DNA of 64,000 nt. Source: the human T2T-CHM13v2.0 reference genome, Homo sapiens. Within the stretch, counting starts at the first letter, position 1; every line of letters begins with the position of its first letter. The notes under the pieces were generated by a model. That model did not search any database and had not been told where the DNA came from. It saw only the letters and a program-made list of their open reading frames with translations. A program made the position numbers and the translations under genes. This document shows, one piece after another, positions 1 through 13,900 of this stretch. The stretch is from assembly GCF_009914755.1 (NCBI RefSeq), contig NC_060939.1; one strand, written 5' to 3'.

Positions 1-544
1 GAATAATGTTAATATATGTGTTTTTCTGGAGAGAGAGAGAAAGAGAAACCATAGATTCCATTAATATCTTCAGCTATGTTCTCACACAATATAAGTTAAG
101 AAAGTTAAGGAACACTAACCTAGGACCCAGTCCAAAAGAAAATTCTCACCTAAGTCTGGACAAAGTCCTTTCAAAGTCCTTTGCAACTACATGTAAGACT
201 TGTTCCCTTGAACTCCTTAAATTAGCAGAATAATATCAATTAGATTCTTTTGGTCAAAAATCATTCATATAGGGTCTAATCCCCATCCAGAGAAAAAAAA
301 ACCTTAAAACATTTAAGTGTTGAAGGCTACCTGTCATTTTATTAACTGGTTGCAAATACGCTTTTTTAGGTTTGGCCGTTTTCTCAGTCTAAGCTTTCCT
401 ATTTTCTCATGTGGTTATTATAAGAGAAGAGCTTCTCTGATTTTTGTTTGCTGGTGTGGGTTTTTTTTTTTTTTTTTGGTTGTTAATGTTTGTTTTTTAC
501 TTATAACCACATATTATGAGGAATGATAAGGTATTATAAATTAA

Positions 545-765
545 TAGTGTAAGCTCTGTAATCAATTAGGATGGGTTGAAATCTCACACTAGACTCCAAA
601 TAAACCAATTAGTCTCCCCAGGCCTCTCTTTTTTAATCTATAAAATGGAGATATAATAATATCCACCACACAAAGTCTGTGTACAAAATAAATGAGACAA
701 TGCCTGTAAAACATGTGGCATTGTGCTTGTCATATATTAAGTAGACAATAAATATTACCTATTAG
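545..765 (+). mobile_element. MIR SINE
   Basis: MIR core tctataaaatggagata...aaatgagacaatgcctgtaaa...caataaatattacctatta. Confidence 0.7.
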
Positions 766-1595
766 TATGACTACGTATATTTTGCCTATGTATTTATAAG
801 CATTAAGAGTGCATATCCTGTTTCCTTATTATCACATAGTTCTCATACATTTTTATGGGCCCTTGATGCACACTGCAAATGAATTTCCAAAAGGATTTTG
901 CTAATATATCCTATCAGCAATATGACAGTGTCAGTTTTACCACTCCTTGGTTAAAAATGGGAATTACTATTAACCAGGAATAAAAGAAAAAGACCAAAAA
1001 AAACAAAAAAAGCGGGGAAAAAAAGGAAGGCAAGAAAGAAAAGATAATTTAATTTTTTTTAAATGTGTACATGTAAGCTTTTGCGTTTCTATATCTAGGA
1101 AAAGAAATCTGTGAATGTTCAGATTTCCATTCGACATCAGCCAGTTTCTTTCCAAACACTTTCTCAAAGTGTCGTACTTCATCTTTCAAAAAGCCTCATC
1201 CTACAGTCACACACCTTGTAGTTTTCCGGCTGAGGGACTCACAGAAGGGAACCGTGGTTTCCTGGTTCTCTGCCAGATGTCCAGTGGTCCCACGAAGGCC
1301 AGAGATTCAACTGCCTGCCACTCTTGTGAAGATGTTGCATACAGGACGATTCCCAGAGGAACTGGGACCTGGTGAGGCCAACACACAGATATTTTCTTGT
1401 AAGGTAGGATAAGGCAGAGTGACACAGCCCGCATCTGACCACAAGTCATGGGAGGTGTAACCCAAGGTGGCTTATCACCTGAGCTCTGAAAGGGATAATC
1501 TGGGAGGAACAGTTGGTTTGTGCAGCTTTTCAAGAGACTTAAATAATACCTGGTTTTGTGGGAAGAGAAGGAACAAAAGAAAAGAAAGCAAAACC

Positions 1596-1900
1596 CTGGG
1601 CACGATGGCTCACACCTGGAATCCCAGCACTTTGGGAGGCCAGGGCAGGCAGATCACGAGGTCAGGAGTTCAAGATCAGCCCAGCCAACATGGTGAAACC
1701 CCGTCCCTACTAAAAAAACAAAACATTAGCCAGGCGTGGTGTCGGGTGCCTGTAACCCCAGCTACTTGGGAGGATGAGGCAGGAGAATTGCTTTAACTGG
1801 GGAGGCGGAAGGTTGCAATGAGCCGAGATTGCACCACTGCGCTCCAGCCTGGATGACAGAGCAAGACTCCCTCTGTCTAAAAAAAAAAAAAAAAAAAAAA
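1596..1900 (+). mobile_element. Alu (AluS, Sg-like)
   Basis: Full dimer with gatcacgaggtcaggagttc and a poly(A) tail running into (GAA)n. Confidence 0.95.
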
Positions 1901-2146
1901 GAAGAAGAAGAAGAAAAGAAAAAGAAAGCAAGAAAACACTTTAGTTGTGGGTACTGGATTTACTGCATGTCAGAGTGGGGAGATTGACAGTGTTGACTTG
2001 GAAATATTCTAATTCTAGGCAACCAAATGGAGGCTTTTCCTCACCTTCTCCACACCAATGTCTGGCTGGCCCCCTCTTTCTTTTAAAACAGTTCCTGGGG
2101 AGGCCCCAAAATTCATCTGATGTCTGTATGAGCACTGTTCTAATAA

Positions 2147-2463
<317 letters not shown>

Positions 2464-3816
2464 CCTCCCTGCTTATTCACACAAATCCCTGAATAAGAAC
2501 TCTCTTCCAGGTGGACATGATTTATAGGGCTGATTCAACGGCTTCTCCTACCTTAATTACCATGAAGGACTCACATTAAAATGCTTAGAAAAGATGAGAG
2601 TTGGGCTCTTTTGACTTTTGCTGGTGGTGTGGATTACCTGCTATATTCCTGAATCTGGCGCTTGCTAAAGAGGTTGAGAGGATTTGCACTCCAAGATGGG
2701 GACCACTGGCATGACCTTTTTCCTTGGCTCTGTGGTCAAGCCACCCCCTGCTCCACTTACTACCTGAGTGACACCAGGCAATCATTTCACCTCTCTAGAC
2801 CTCTGCCACCTAATTCAGTACGTGGAGATAGTCACACCTGCCTTGCAGAGTTATTGTGAGGGAAGCACCAGCTTCTGGTACATGGGAGATTTTATTTATA
2901 CATGAACACATATATGCTTGCATACACACAGATGTGTACCGCAGTTTTTGAAAATCATCTCCATTTTTATAGCTCACAAGGTGATTTTTGAAAAGTCAAT
3001 CAAGAAAAGAAGAAAAAAACCATTTTCCTCTCCAACAAGAAAAAGCAATTAAACGTCAAATATTAACTGTTCCCTGGGAGAAAATTTTTTTAATGGGTTA
3101 AAGGCTTGGCCATTATAGACCTCCAATATGTAATTTCTAAGAAAGGACCAGGTAATATATTTTTTTAAATTAAGTGGAAGACAAAATGCTGGAACCAGTG
3201 AATCCATTCAGAAAGCGCTTTTTTATCCATTTTCCGTAGCTTCCCAATTGCATCATGCCTTTTAAGAGGCCCAATTTGTTTAACAGCATTTTATTTTAAA
3301 CCTTCACTTGTGAAAAGCATTGATTTATGATAGGGCTGATTAAAGCAATGGTGTCTTAAGCAATAATGATTTCAATTATAGGACTTTCACCAACGTGCAT
3401 TATTCTGATTTGCTCTCCATTCTTGCCACATTTTTATTCACAAAGAAAGGGGTAGGGATAGGTGATGTAATTTTGAAAAGTCCCTGGACAAATTTAATAT
3501 CAGAAAGGAATGTATAGACAGATGGACTGATGTACCTTTTTTGATTATGTGAATGTATTGTATTTTAATAAGCTCTGACAAACTCTTCAACAGCTCCCTG
3601 ATGAGCTCCTACTTGGTATCATTAGGGTTATTTAGTGCTTAGATTCGGCTCAATTCCCACTGGAGCCACACTGAGGTTGTAGAAATGTGCACACTACAGA
3701 TTCACTCGAAGCCTAGCACTTAGAGTCTTATCTTTTTGTGAAGCTGGAGAAAACAATTAAGCTCACACTTAGATCTTTAACTTGTTCAAAGTCAACAGCC
3801 ATAGAAAGGCACACTA

Positions 3817-4275
3817 GGCTGGGTGTGGTGGCTCACCCCTGTAATCCCAGCACTTTGGGAGGCCAAGACACGTAGATCACTTGAGGTCAAGAGTTGGAGA
3901 CAAGCCTGGCCACTGTGGTGAAACCCTGTATCTACTAAAAATACACAACTTAGGTGGATGTGATGGTGGGCACCTGTAATCCCAGCTACTCGGGAGGTTG
4001 AGGCATGAGAATCGCTTCAACCCGGGAGGTGGAGGTTGCAGTGAGCTCACCCCCCTGCATGTAGAGACATGGCAAAACCCTGTCTCTACAACAGATACAA
4101 ATATTAGATGGGGATGGTGGTGCTAGTTCCAGTTACACAGGAGGCTGAGGTGGAAGGATTGCTTGAGCCTCAGGAGATAGAATCTGCAGTGAGCTATGAT
4201 CTCACCACTGCACTTTACCCTGAGCGACAGAGTGAGACACTGTCTCAAAAAAAAAAAAAAGAAAAAAAGAAAAAA
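3817..4275 (+). mobile_element. Compound Alu (tail-less AluS fused to a partial AluJ-like copy)
   Basis: AluS-type sequence to ~4048, then it restarts at acatggcaaaaccctgtctctaca (~4067) and runs to a poly(A) tail. Confidence 0.88.
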
Positions 4276-5951
4276 TGTGAAGTCAGCCTGGAGTCATATG
4301 CAACGGAATTCAGGGTATCCATCTAAATCTAATTCAGAATGCAACCTAACATGGTGGGGGTGGGGGGTGGCGTTGGGAGGCGCAGGGGGTAATCTATCAC
4401 ATTTATTAATAATGGCAACCTGTGAAGGAGCCCTGCCTAACGGGGGCTGCTATTCCTAATAGTCACTATGCACAGCTGTTGACCAAACAGTGCCACAACT
4501 TCGGAATTCAGAAATTCATATTGTTATGCAAAGTTGAAGGTTCTTGATTTTAAAGAGTGGATAAACACTGGCCCAATTCAGCCTGCAGGCTGCCTGTGCA
4601 ATGCTCCCTAGTTGGTGCACAACTGGCCAATCAATCAAGTTATTGAACAGAAGATAGGCCCAAAACAGCACCATGCTCTGCAAGAACCTTTTTAAAAATG
4701 ATCAAAGTATTTCAATTCTTCTACTATGCAAACATTTAGTGGGAATCTGTTATGTGCTAAGAACCATGAGTGGAGTACTGGGAACACACAAAAAGAATAA
4801 TATCCATTAGCCCTCAAGGGGATGACAGTCTGTTATTTACATATATGAACTATGAGAGATTTTGGGTTAAAAAACTAGGGAGAAATGCAGTCTAACATTG
4901 AGTCCCAATCCATCACGCTTATTTTTAGTTAAGAACCTCCTTTGTTACCCTTTAGGTAAATTAGTTTGTCCCTATTCTCTGCTTTAAAGCATCATTTTAA
5001 TTTGAGAGCTAGTCCTATGAATACCAAAGTCCATGTAGGATATATTCCTCTTAAAATCCCCAACAGCAATTGGAAGGGAAAATTCCAATCACACCTTGAT
5101 AGAATTTTTCTCCATCAAATCAACTTTACAGATTTCTTAATTAGGCGCTGATATTAACTGAGCCCTTGCATGATTTAAATCTAGCTTTTAATCTCAGCTA
5201 TTCTATGCTGCTATAGTTTTTATGAGAGCTGACCAGCAAATGCTTTATGCTTTAATGTCTCTGGAAAATCACCTTAATAATTTTTAAACGTTTTTTGGGG
5301 GGAATAGAAGTCCCAAGATGCAAATGAAGGCATTGAGGTCCGGCTATTGGAATTTGTGGTTTAGCACTTGAAAAATTATGTGCCAAATTGCTTTACAGAA
5401 GAAAATCAGATCAAAGTTAAGATTCTGTTTAAACTTTGTCATTATTTCTCAGACGCCCTTTTTAAATGCCTTAAACGTGCCTCCATTGAAATGTATATGA
5501 ACTTTTTCTCTCTTCCTTTCAATATGTTGTTGCTATTCATTTCCTTCTCTGATGGCATTGCCCAAAGGAAAAGCTCTCACACATCACCACTATGGCCAGG
5601 ATATGGAAACAGCCAAAACAGGTGGTGCACTGTGCTAAGAACTCGGCATTGAATTGATTTAAACACAGCATTTGATACATTCTCTACCTTAATAAGAGGC
5701 AATTGCAGGAGACCTCATTTCCTTCGTTGCATGAAAGTCCCAGTCAAACTTGAGGGTACAGTTCCCCTTTCCTTCCTCTTCTTCTCAGCCCATCCCCGCA
5801 AAGTTCTTCCCAGCAAGCATTAAATCGCAGATAATGTACTCTACCTGCTCTGGACACTGGATATTGTAAAGCATCGGAACCTTTTTATTTGCTTTACAGG
5901 GTTGACCATTCTCATAAGGTCATTGACTTTCTTAATTAGAAGCTACTTTGG

Positions 5952-6241
5952 GGCTGAGCGCAATGGCTCACGCTTGTAATCCCAGCACCTTAGGAGGCCA
6001 AGGTGGGTGGATCATGAGGTCAGGAGTTCAAGACCAGCCTGGCCAAGATGGTGAAACCCCCTCTCTACTAAAAATACAAAAATTAGCTGGTTGTGGTGGC
6101 AGGTCCCTGTAATCCCAGCTACTCGGGAGGCTGAGACTTGAACCCGGGAGGCAGGGGTTGCAGTGAGCCGAGATGGCACCACTGCACTCCAGCCTGGGTG
6201 ACAGAGTGAGACTCCACCTCAAAAAAAAAAAAAAAAGAAGA
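5952..6241 (+). mobile_element. Alu (AluSg-like) with a small internal deletion
   Basis: 13-bp TSD agaagctactttg at 5938-5950 and 6242-6254; about 11 nt missing in the right arm (ctgag-a-cttgaacc). Confidence 0.95.
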
Positions 6242-9200
6242 AGAAGCTACTTTGACAATTCTCCTCCAAACTCTTTATGTGACAAGTAAAGGAGAAAAGA
6301 CTGGGAGAAATGAAGTGACTTGCCCAGGGTCATGCAGCCATTTCCTGTGACTTCGTGGTCTAGCCCTCTCTCCACCTCCTCTCTCAGCCATCATAGGAAT
6401 AACAGTTCTCAAACTGGAGTTTTAGTTAGGCTTCACAATCAACACTAACTTATTACAAAGGGACGAATGGGCCCTTGTTTTATGCCAAGTGCCATGCCCA
6501 TCTTCAGAGACTCAACAATGAACCAGAAGCATTTTAATTCTGATCCAATCCTGACCTGCTAATGGCTCTTCCTCGCTGAACTGCTTAACAGAATCACTCC
6601 TGGCTGAACATCACACAGAGTGTGAATGTGGAGAGGAAACAGAACTTTCATCTCAACACCTCCTCATTTTACAAAAGAGAACACTGAGGCCCCCAGAGGT
6701 CTTAAGAGTGAGTTCATGTTAGAGGTAGGCCTAGAACCCACAGTGCTGACCCCCCAGTGAAGCTCTTGTCACTTGAGTACATTCATCTAATTCAGAATGC
6801 ATCTATCATGGGGCCCATTCTGTCACATTTATTATACTAATGCCCTTTGTCATCTTTCAGGTAAGTTTGTTTCTCCCTTTGGTCTGCTTTGAAGCTCCAT
6901 TCTAACTTGAGAATTAGTTCTTTAAATGCCAACATCTACATAAGACATTCACATTAAAATCTCCAACAGCAATAGGACGATGGTCCTTGGGACCCAGAGT
7001 TTAGGCACCTATGCGATGGAACTACAATGATTGGCAGTGTGCCCGGCAATAGCACACACTCATACCTCTGACAGACTCGGGGCAGATCCGAGGAAGTGGT
7101 ATCATAAGCTGTGGTCAACAGAGATACTATGACGAATGTTTGGACTGTCCTCATACTAATGTAATGTTTGCACTCGCCACAGATATACTTAAAATAGTAG
7201 CTACAGTTTATATATTTTTTCAATGATCTTGTAATTCAATCGTGTTCGATAATTTCAGCTGAAACTATAGATGGAAACTGGACCCATTAAAGAAGGAGTT
7301 AGATCTTCTATTTTTTTTTTTTTTTAATGTGATCTTCCAGTAAGCGGCCTCTGGATATAACTACAGAAAATTAACACAATAAGTAAGGCATTATAGAACA
7401 GCTATTAACTGATTACAATAATAAAAACCAAATAGGGGCCTTAATTCTGCCCCTCTGGGAAAGCAGGACAGATAAAATAAACAATAGAAAAAAAAAGCAT
7501 GGAATAAAGGATAATTGATTTTAAACAATAACACAGATACCTCCCATTATGTTTAAAAAGATACAGATCTCTGTCTTCATTTTGGGAACGATAGGGGTAA
7601 ATTCTTATTTCCCCTCATTAAGACTTAAGTTTGATACTAATAGGGGTGTTTTCCAGGCTAACAAATTGGAAAAATTAAGGGGTGCTGACAAGGAGGTTCT
7701 TAAATGATGCCAGGCACATGGCTATAATGACTAAATTTACTGTTTTACCAAAATTAGGAGCCCTTCTGGTCTCCCTCAGAGGAAGACAGAATCTAAACAT
7801 TCACAGTTCATGCTCCGTCAGGGTGGGACAGGAAGTAGGATCCAATAAACTCAGCAGTCAAGGCAAACACCAACCCTGATAGAGGAGAGAAGACAGGGTT
7901 TCCACTACCTTGGGCAGAGGCTGGAGAGCCCTTTAATGGCACCCCCAGTACAGTAATGCCTGTTGACTAAATCCTAAACTTCTACAGCATGTTTGGGGTT
8001 AGTTCTATGTAGAAATTCATAGTAAAGTCTTTCCATTTGTTATCTAAAACATGGCCCATGTTCCTGCCTTCAAACCTGGCCAGAACCTAACAGCTTCTCT
8101 CTTTTAAGTGCCTGCTTAGGTGCCAAGTGTCCAACTAGATGCTTTCCAGAAGTTGTCTCTGATTCTTACATTATCCTAGCAGGGGAAAGATGCTCAATTT
8201 AGAGTTGAAAAAATGGAAACTCAGGGTGACACAGAGATGTGTTTGAGATCTCACGGTTTTTAAGCTGTGGCTCATCCCAAAGGCCACCTCTGCTTGGAGA
8301 GGTTCACCATTCCACCTCTCCACATGTAACCAAACACTCTTGCTAAACATTGCTGTTTTTCCCCTCAGTCTATTTTCACATATCGTTCTAACCAGTCTAA
8401 CCCATGGAATCAATTCTTTTTGCATGGCACATGCAAATTCCCAGGTTAGTTTTACTTTTCCCTGGCAGAAATCCAGCATAATTAAAATGAAATGACCATT
8501 TCTATGTGAGGAAAAAGTTTAGCATTTCCTAAAATGGAAAAATAAAAACTCTTACGCAAGACACTAACTTTTAAGGTGGCAGAAAATAGCGAGGTAGTTT
8601 CTTATGATTTACTGAATAAATCAAGGGTGATTCCAATTTTTATGGTTTTGGGCCAAGAATTGAAAGAGAGTTCTCCTGCCGTGAACCATGGGTGTTATGA
8701 CTCAAAAAGAAGCATCACTAGATAAGTAATGAGGCTGTGTGTACAGAGATAGAACATTCTTGTATACAAAAAGGGTAAGATGTACTCAGCACTGAGCAGG
8801 GAGGATGGGGAGCCATACACTGGGACTAGGGTACAGAAGGTTCAGGAATGGAGAATGAAAGTTGAAGCCAAAAACACATCTAAGAGCCAGAGCTTATAAA
8901 AAATACAGCGTATTCCTAGCAGTGAAATACTGAAAGTCTTCCTAATGAAGAATCTTTTTAAATAATTTGGAAGTTCTAATCCTTTGCAATAAGACAGGAA
9001 AAATAAAGAAATTACATAAATTTGGGAAAGGAACAGAATGATCATTATTTGCAGATAATAATGTTATCTACCTAGATGATTCAAGAGAATCAAATTGACA
9101 AGTTATTTGAATAAGAAACCAGTAAAGTGGCAAATATGAAATAAAAATGCTTAAAATGCTGAAAAAAATAATGTTGCTCAGCGAAGTCATGAAATTGAAT

Positions 9201-9384
9201 AGGGAAACTGCATGCACAATAGCACTGAATAAATGGGAGATTGTATTGAGAAACTACCTGATGGAACTATAACTTTATAGAAGTTCATATGAAAAGATCG
9301 ATGAGAAGGCATGGTTTATTTCTACATGAGAAAACCTGGTTTTAAAAAGACCTCTAATCCACACACATTAATCTATAAATTGTA

Positions 9385-9550
9385 CTCTCTCTCTTTTTTT
9401 TTTTGAATCAGAATCTCTCTCTGTTGCCCAGGCTGAAGTGCAGCGGCTATATCATGGCTCACGGCAGCCTTAAACTCCTAGTCTCAAGTGATCCTCCCAC
9501 CTCAGTCTTCCAAAGACCTGGGATTATAGGTGTAAGCCACCGTGCTTGGC
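9385..9550 (-). mobile_element. Alu monomer (FRAM/FAM-like)
   Basis: Single ~160-nt arm with a T tail; TSD taaattgta at 9376-9384 and 9552-9560. Confidence 0.85.
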
Positions 9551-10605
9551 TTAAATTGTATTTTCTAACATCTAAACTTGAAACTTGATGCATTCCTATG
9601 GAATAACAAATAAGAAAGCATCATCTAGAATACCAATCTTAAAGAGGGAGAGCTTACTTTACTAGACATAAAACCATATTCTTGAATTACAATAATAAAA
9701 ATGGAGAATTTTGGCAAAAATGATGGAGACAAAAAGATAATAAAATAAACATGGAAACACAGAAACGGGACCAATAGCATACATTTAGATCAACAAGGAA
9801 AAGAAATTTTAATGACCAAAAAAAAATTCCAGATAAATAAGAGATTTAAATGTTTTTATAAATTAAAGGAGCCACAGAAGCACTAGTAGAAAATATAGGT
9901 TAATACTGATTTTACTCTGGGCATAGGCAAAGCCTTTTAAAACATAAAGCAGAAGGAAGAATAAAGGAAAATATTTATGTACTTAAATTCAACAACATAT
10001 CCATTAACAATTAAAAACCAAATGACAAAATGGAGAAAATGTTTGCAATATATGATAATGAGAGAGTTGATAAACTTAATATGTAAAGAACTTTTATAAT
10101 TTAATAGAAAATTAATGAAAATTTCCTTAGAACTACAGGGCAAATGTTAAATAAACAAATATTTTAAAAAGCATGCAAAATCACCTGCACACAAAACAAG
10201 ACAGAGTCAAGAAATGGAAAGAAAGTTAGCATCACAAATAATCAACATAATACAAAACACAATGGGATGCTATGTTTCTTATCTTTTGGGGGGAAAGGGT
10301 TAATTATGGTTCCTGAAATCTGTGTTTGTTCACATGCACCCTGAGTGAGAATATAAATCGGCAACTTTGGAGGGCAACTCTACAAAATGTAGCCAAAAGT
10401 AAAACAACAAAACAGAAAGAAGGCTTTGATCCATGATTTTCACATATAATAATTCATCCAGAGGAAATGAAGATACACAGGAAGATTTTATAAGGGCAAA
10501 AAGTTACAAATGGTATCAATATCTAACTAGAGGTTAGAGGAATGAATGAGTTACAGCCTCTACAGATAAGGAAATGCAATGCTGGCAGAGAAATCACGTT
10601 TTGGA

Positions 10606-10933
10606 GGCTGGGCACAGTCGCTCACACCTGTAAACCTGCACTTTGGGATGCTGAGGTGGGTGGATCTCTTGAGCTCAGGAGTTCGAGACCAGCCCAGGCA
10701 ACATGGCAAAACCCCATCTCTACAAAACAAACAAACAAACAAAATTAGCTAGGTGTGGTGGCACAGGCCTGTAGTCCCAGCTACTTAGGGGAGCTGAAGT
10801 GGGAAGATCGCTTGAGCCTGGGAGGTTGCGACTATAGTGAGCCCAGATTGCACCACTGCACTCCAGCCTGGGTGACAGAGTGAGACCCTGTCCCAAGAAA
10901 AAAAAAAAAAAAGAAGAAGAAAGAAAGAAAGAA
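10606..10933 (+). mobile_element. Alu (AluJ-like)
   Basis: Full dimer; 17-bp TSD agaaatcacgttttgga (10589-10605) versus agaaattatgttttgga (10934-10950). Confidence 0.95.
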
Positions 10934-13900
10934 AGAAATTATGTTTTGGAATAGTTTTAACAAAATGAACAAATATTTACTATGACTTATCAAATGGGAA
11001 ACGCAGTTTGCAAAATAGTACACTACAGCAGGGCCTGCACTGTAGTTTCCAAACACACAAATATATGTGTGCAAAAAAAGTAGAGGAAAAAGATTAGAAA
11101 ATGTCTATCAAAGTGTTCACAATGATTATATTTAAGTGGTGAGATCAGAGGCAATTTTTATTTACTTCTTCACGCTTTCCTCTAATTTCCAAATGTCTTG
11201 CAATGGCCATGAATGGTCACTCTTAACCACTGTACCTCTTTGCAACTAAACACCAATATTTTCTTGTGTTTGTTTCAGTCCTACTTTGCCAGAAATTTGC
11301 AGGTGTCAGGTGGACTACCTGGAGAAGATGCTACAGGAGAAAGTGAACCCGGACCGCCAGTCTTCTTGAGTTTGTGAGTCTATGCCTTCACCTTGTTCTG
11401 GCTTTTTTTTCTTTTCTTTTTTATCTGTTCTCAGAAAGTCTGCAGCTTCCAACACCATTTTATTTGCTCCTCCTGTGAGTGACAGACCAGTGTGTCCCAA
11501 GAATACTTAATGTATTTTGTGTCAGGGGCCTGTGGGTCAGTAAGGTTATTAATAAACATCGCCTCTTGTTCTAATTTAGGTCCCTCCTCTCCTTCATGCC
11601 TCTCCTCCTGCCCTGCTTTTCCTTTCGCTTCTCTTTCTGTCTGACCCTTTTCCCCTTCTCCCTGATATAAAGCATTCAGCCTTCATTTCAGCTCAACTTC
11701 TGGCACTTTTCCCGTGACGCTTTTTTGATGTTGGGTGGTGCTGTTATGTTTTCATGGAGAATTTAATTTCGGAGGAAATGCTTACTGTCCTAAATCAATT
11801 TTATGCAGGCTGATATGATGCTATGATCTGACAGGCATGGGAGGGTGAAAGGATCACTAAAATCGAGGCAAAATGTGGATGAGGAGGGAGAACACCTTTT
11901 TAAAAAAGAATTTCTGTTTGACAAGATTCACTGACTACAAAACAAGCCCAGAACTTGAGAGGCCAGGATCATCAACCCTACATAAAAAGAAGTGACGTTT
12001 GAAGGCAGAAGGCATATTTGAATTTTGGTATTTTTTAATTATCTTTAATAGGACAAAAAGAATTTAACAAGTTTATCATGTACATTTGGATATATGTATA
12101 TCAATTTTATGTTCCATTAAGAGTTTGATTGACCACCTCAACTTATATTTAGATAAGCCTTGTTTTATTTGTGCTGATTTTATTACACAAATGGAAGTGG
12201 CTACATTGCCATCATCACTACCAAATTCTCACACACACACTCTTCAAAGTCCCCGAATATTGTCCAAATCCTGTTCAATTTTTCTTTTAACTTCTAACAT
12301 TTTCTAAGTGCAACTTCAAACTGGAGGTTGTTTTGTAAACTGAAAAAAAGTCAACTCCCCAGCAGTACACACACATTCACACACACAAGTGCATGTGGTC
12401 TTTTCAATTTACTAAACTTCAGTTACTTTCTTCTAAAAAACACAATATTGCATCTCCTATTTGAGCTCTATGGGAGTTACACGTGCCAATGGGAGTTTAC
12501 TTAACAAGGAGGAGGCAATATTTTTATATAGGAAAATATGTAAAGAGAAATGCATAATTTTGTGTTGAATGATTTATACTTTTCAAATTAATCTATTGAA
12601 TTTTTTCATATTCAAGAACACATTATTTTTTAAATATGACCTAGACCACTGTTTTCAGAATGAGTGGTATGAATGGTGCCATGTTTTAACACATGATTAA
12701 TTTGACTTCAAACTAGGGTCCTCATATTGTGAACTACTTTTTTTAAATGAAGAAATGACAAGAAAGCTAAATTTATTAAGGAAAAAGATAGTTTCCTTTT
12801 TCTAATTTCATTATCATTAAATATACTAGTTTTATAGCATTAACAGAATTGCACCTGATTTTTGGTCTTTCCCAAATTGAGAAAGAAAATCTATGGGAAC
12901 TCTGAATGAATTAGGCATTCAACTTCTTAATGGTCACTCTTAACCACTGTACCTTAACAGCCAGAGAGGCAGGATCCTAAACTCAGCTAAAATCTCCACT
13001 GGAAATAGCCACGAATCATACTTGACTGAATGTCTAATTTGGTTCTTTGTTTATTCTTTATTTTTCCATTTTTCTTTCGATTAGATCATTCCTACCTGTT
13101 CTATACCAATAATCAAAGTGTGAGCATAGCTTTAAATGTGTTCTGTCAAATGCATAGTCCTTTGTTATTCATGGAATAATAGTTACGTTTCGTTAAAGAT
13201 AGTATTTTTCTTAATATTCATAGGCTCGCATAAGCATTATTAGGATATGGTGGGGAAGAAAAGATGAAAAAGAGGAAGGAAGCTTTTAGTGAGTGCCTAC
13301 TAACTAGCACACATTGCAACAGTTGCAGGTGTTCACTCACTGGTGCATGTATGTTGCGCTAAGTGTTCTGATGTTGTCCTCACAGCATTACTGTGAAGTT
13401 ACTGTCTTAACCTTAGCATATAGATGAGAAAAATGGGGCTTAACGGCAACATACCCAAGATACACACTTATTGTGGCACAAAGCAGGGATTCAAACCAAG
13501 GCTTTGCTTGCCAAACGACGGCACTTCGATGATTAGGAACAGGCTTCATTGTTTATAGCTGTGAGGGCCGGGACTCCAAGGAGCAAAGATTAAATCCTGG
13601 TGTTTGCTGCAACCAGAGCTTCTAAGCTGATCACTTAGAAGATATGATTTGGGGATGTCTGAGGGGCCAAAAAGACCTTGCAAATAATCACATGAGATAA
13701 CATGCTGGAAATCACTGTGAAAGGTTTAATATAGCAATCATCATATTCGCATGACAATATATATGGGATACGTTATAACACCCATAACAAATGTGATTCA
13801 ACTTGGTTGTACCAGTGACTTTCAAAAGGTGAGCATCTTTGTGCCTTTGTTTTACGTATCTTAAATTTTCTATATTTAAAGGTCATTGGTTCCAAGATGC

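Larger units (their letters stand above)
8900..11210 (+). mobile_element. Ancient degraded L1 (L1M-type), ORF2 remnant to 3' end, interrupted by two Alu elements
   Basis: A-rich strand. ttttgcagataataatgttatctacctaga (~9047) resembles the L1 RT FADD-coding region, and ~11090-11200 resembles an L1M 3' end. Boundaries approximate. Confidence 0.65.

Noticed and set aside
6954-7223. 89-aa minus ORF in a slightly CpG-richer patch
   Set aside because: Non-ATG start, no recognisable homology and no supporting splice or promoter signals.
11212-12954. Possible CRISPR-like array or LTR pair suggested by the 26-bp repeat
   Set aside because: Only two copies, no regular spacers, no TG...CA termini or internal retroviral sequence, and the DNA is eukaryotic. 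Kept only as an unexplained direct repeat.
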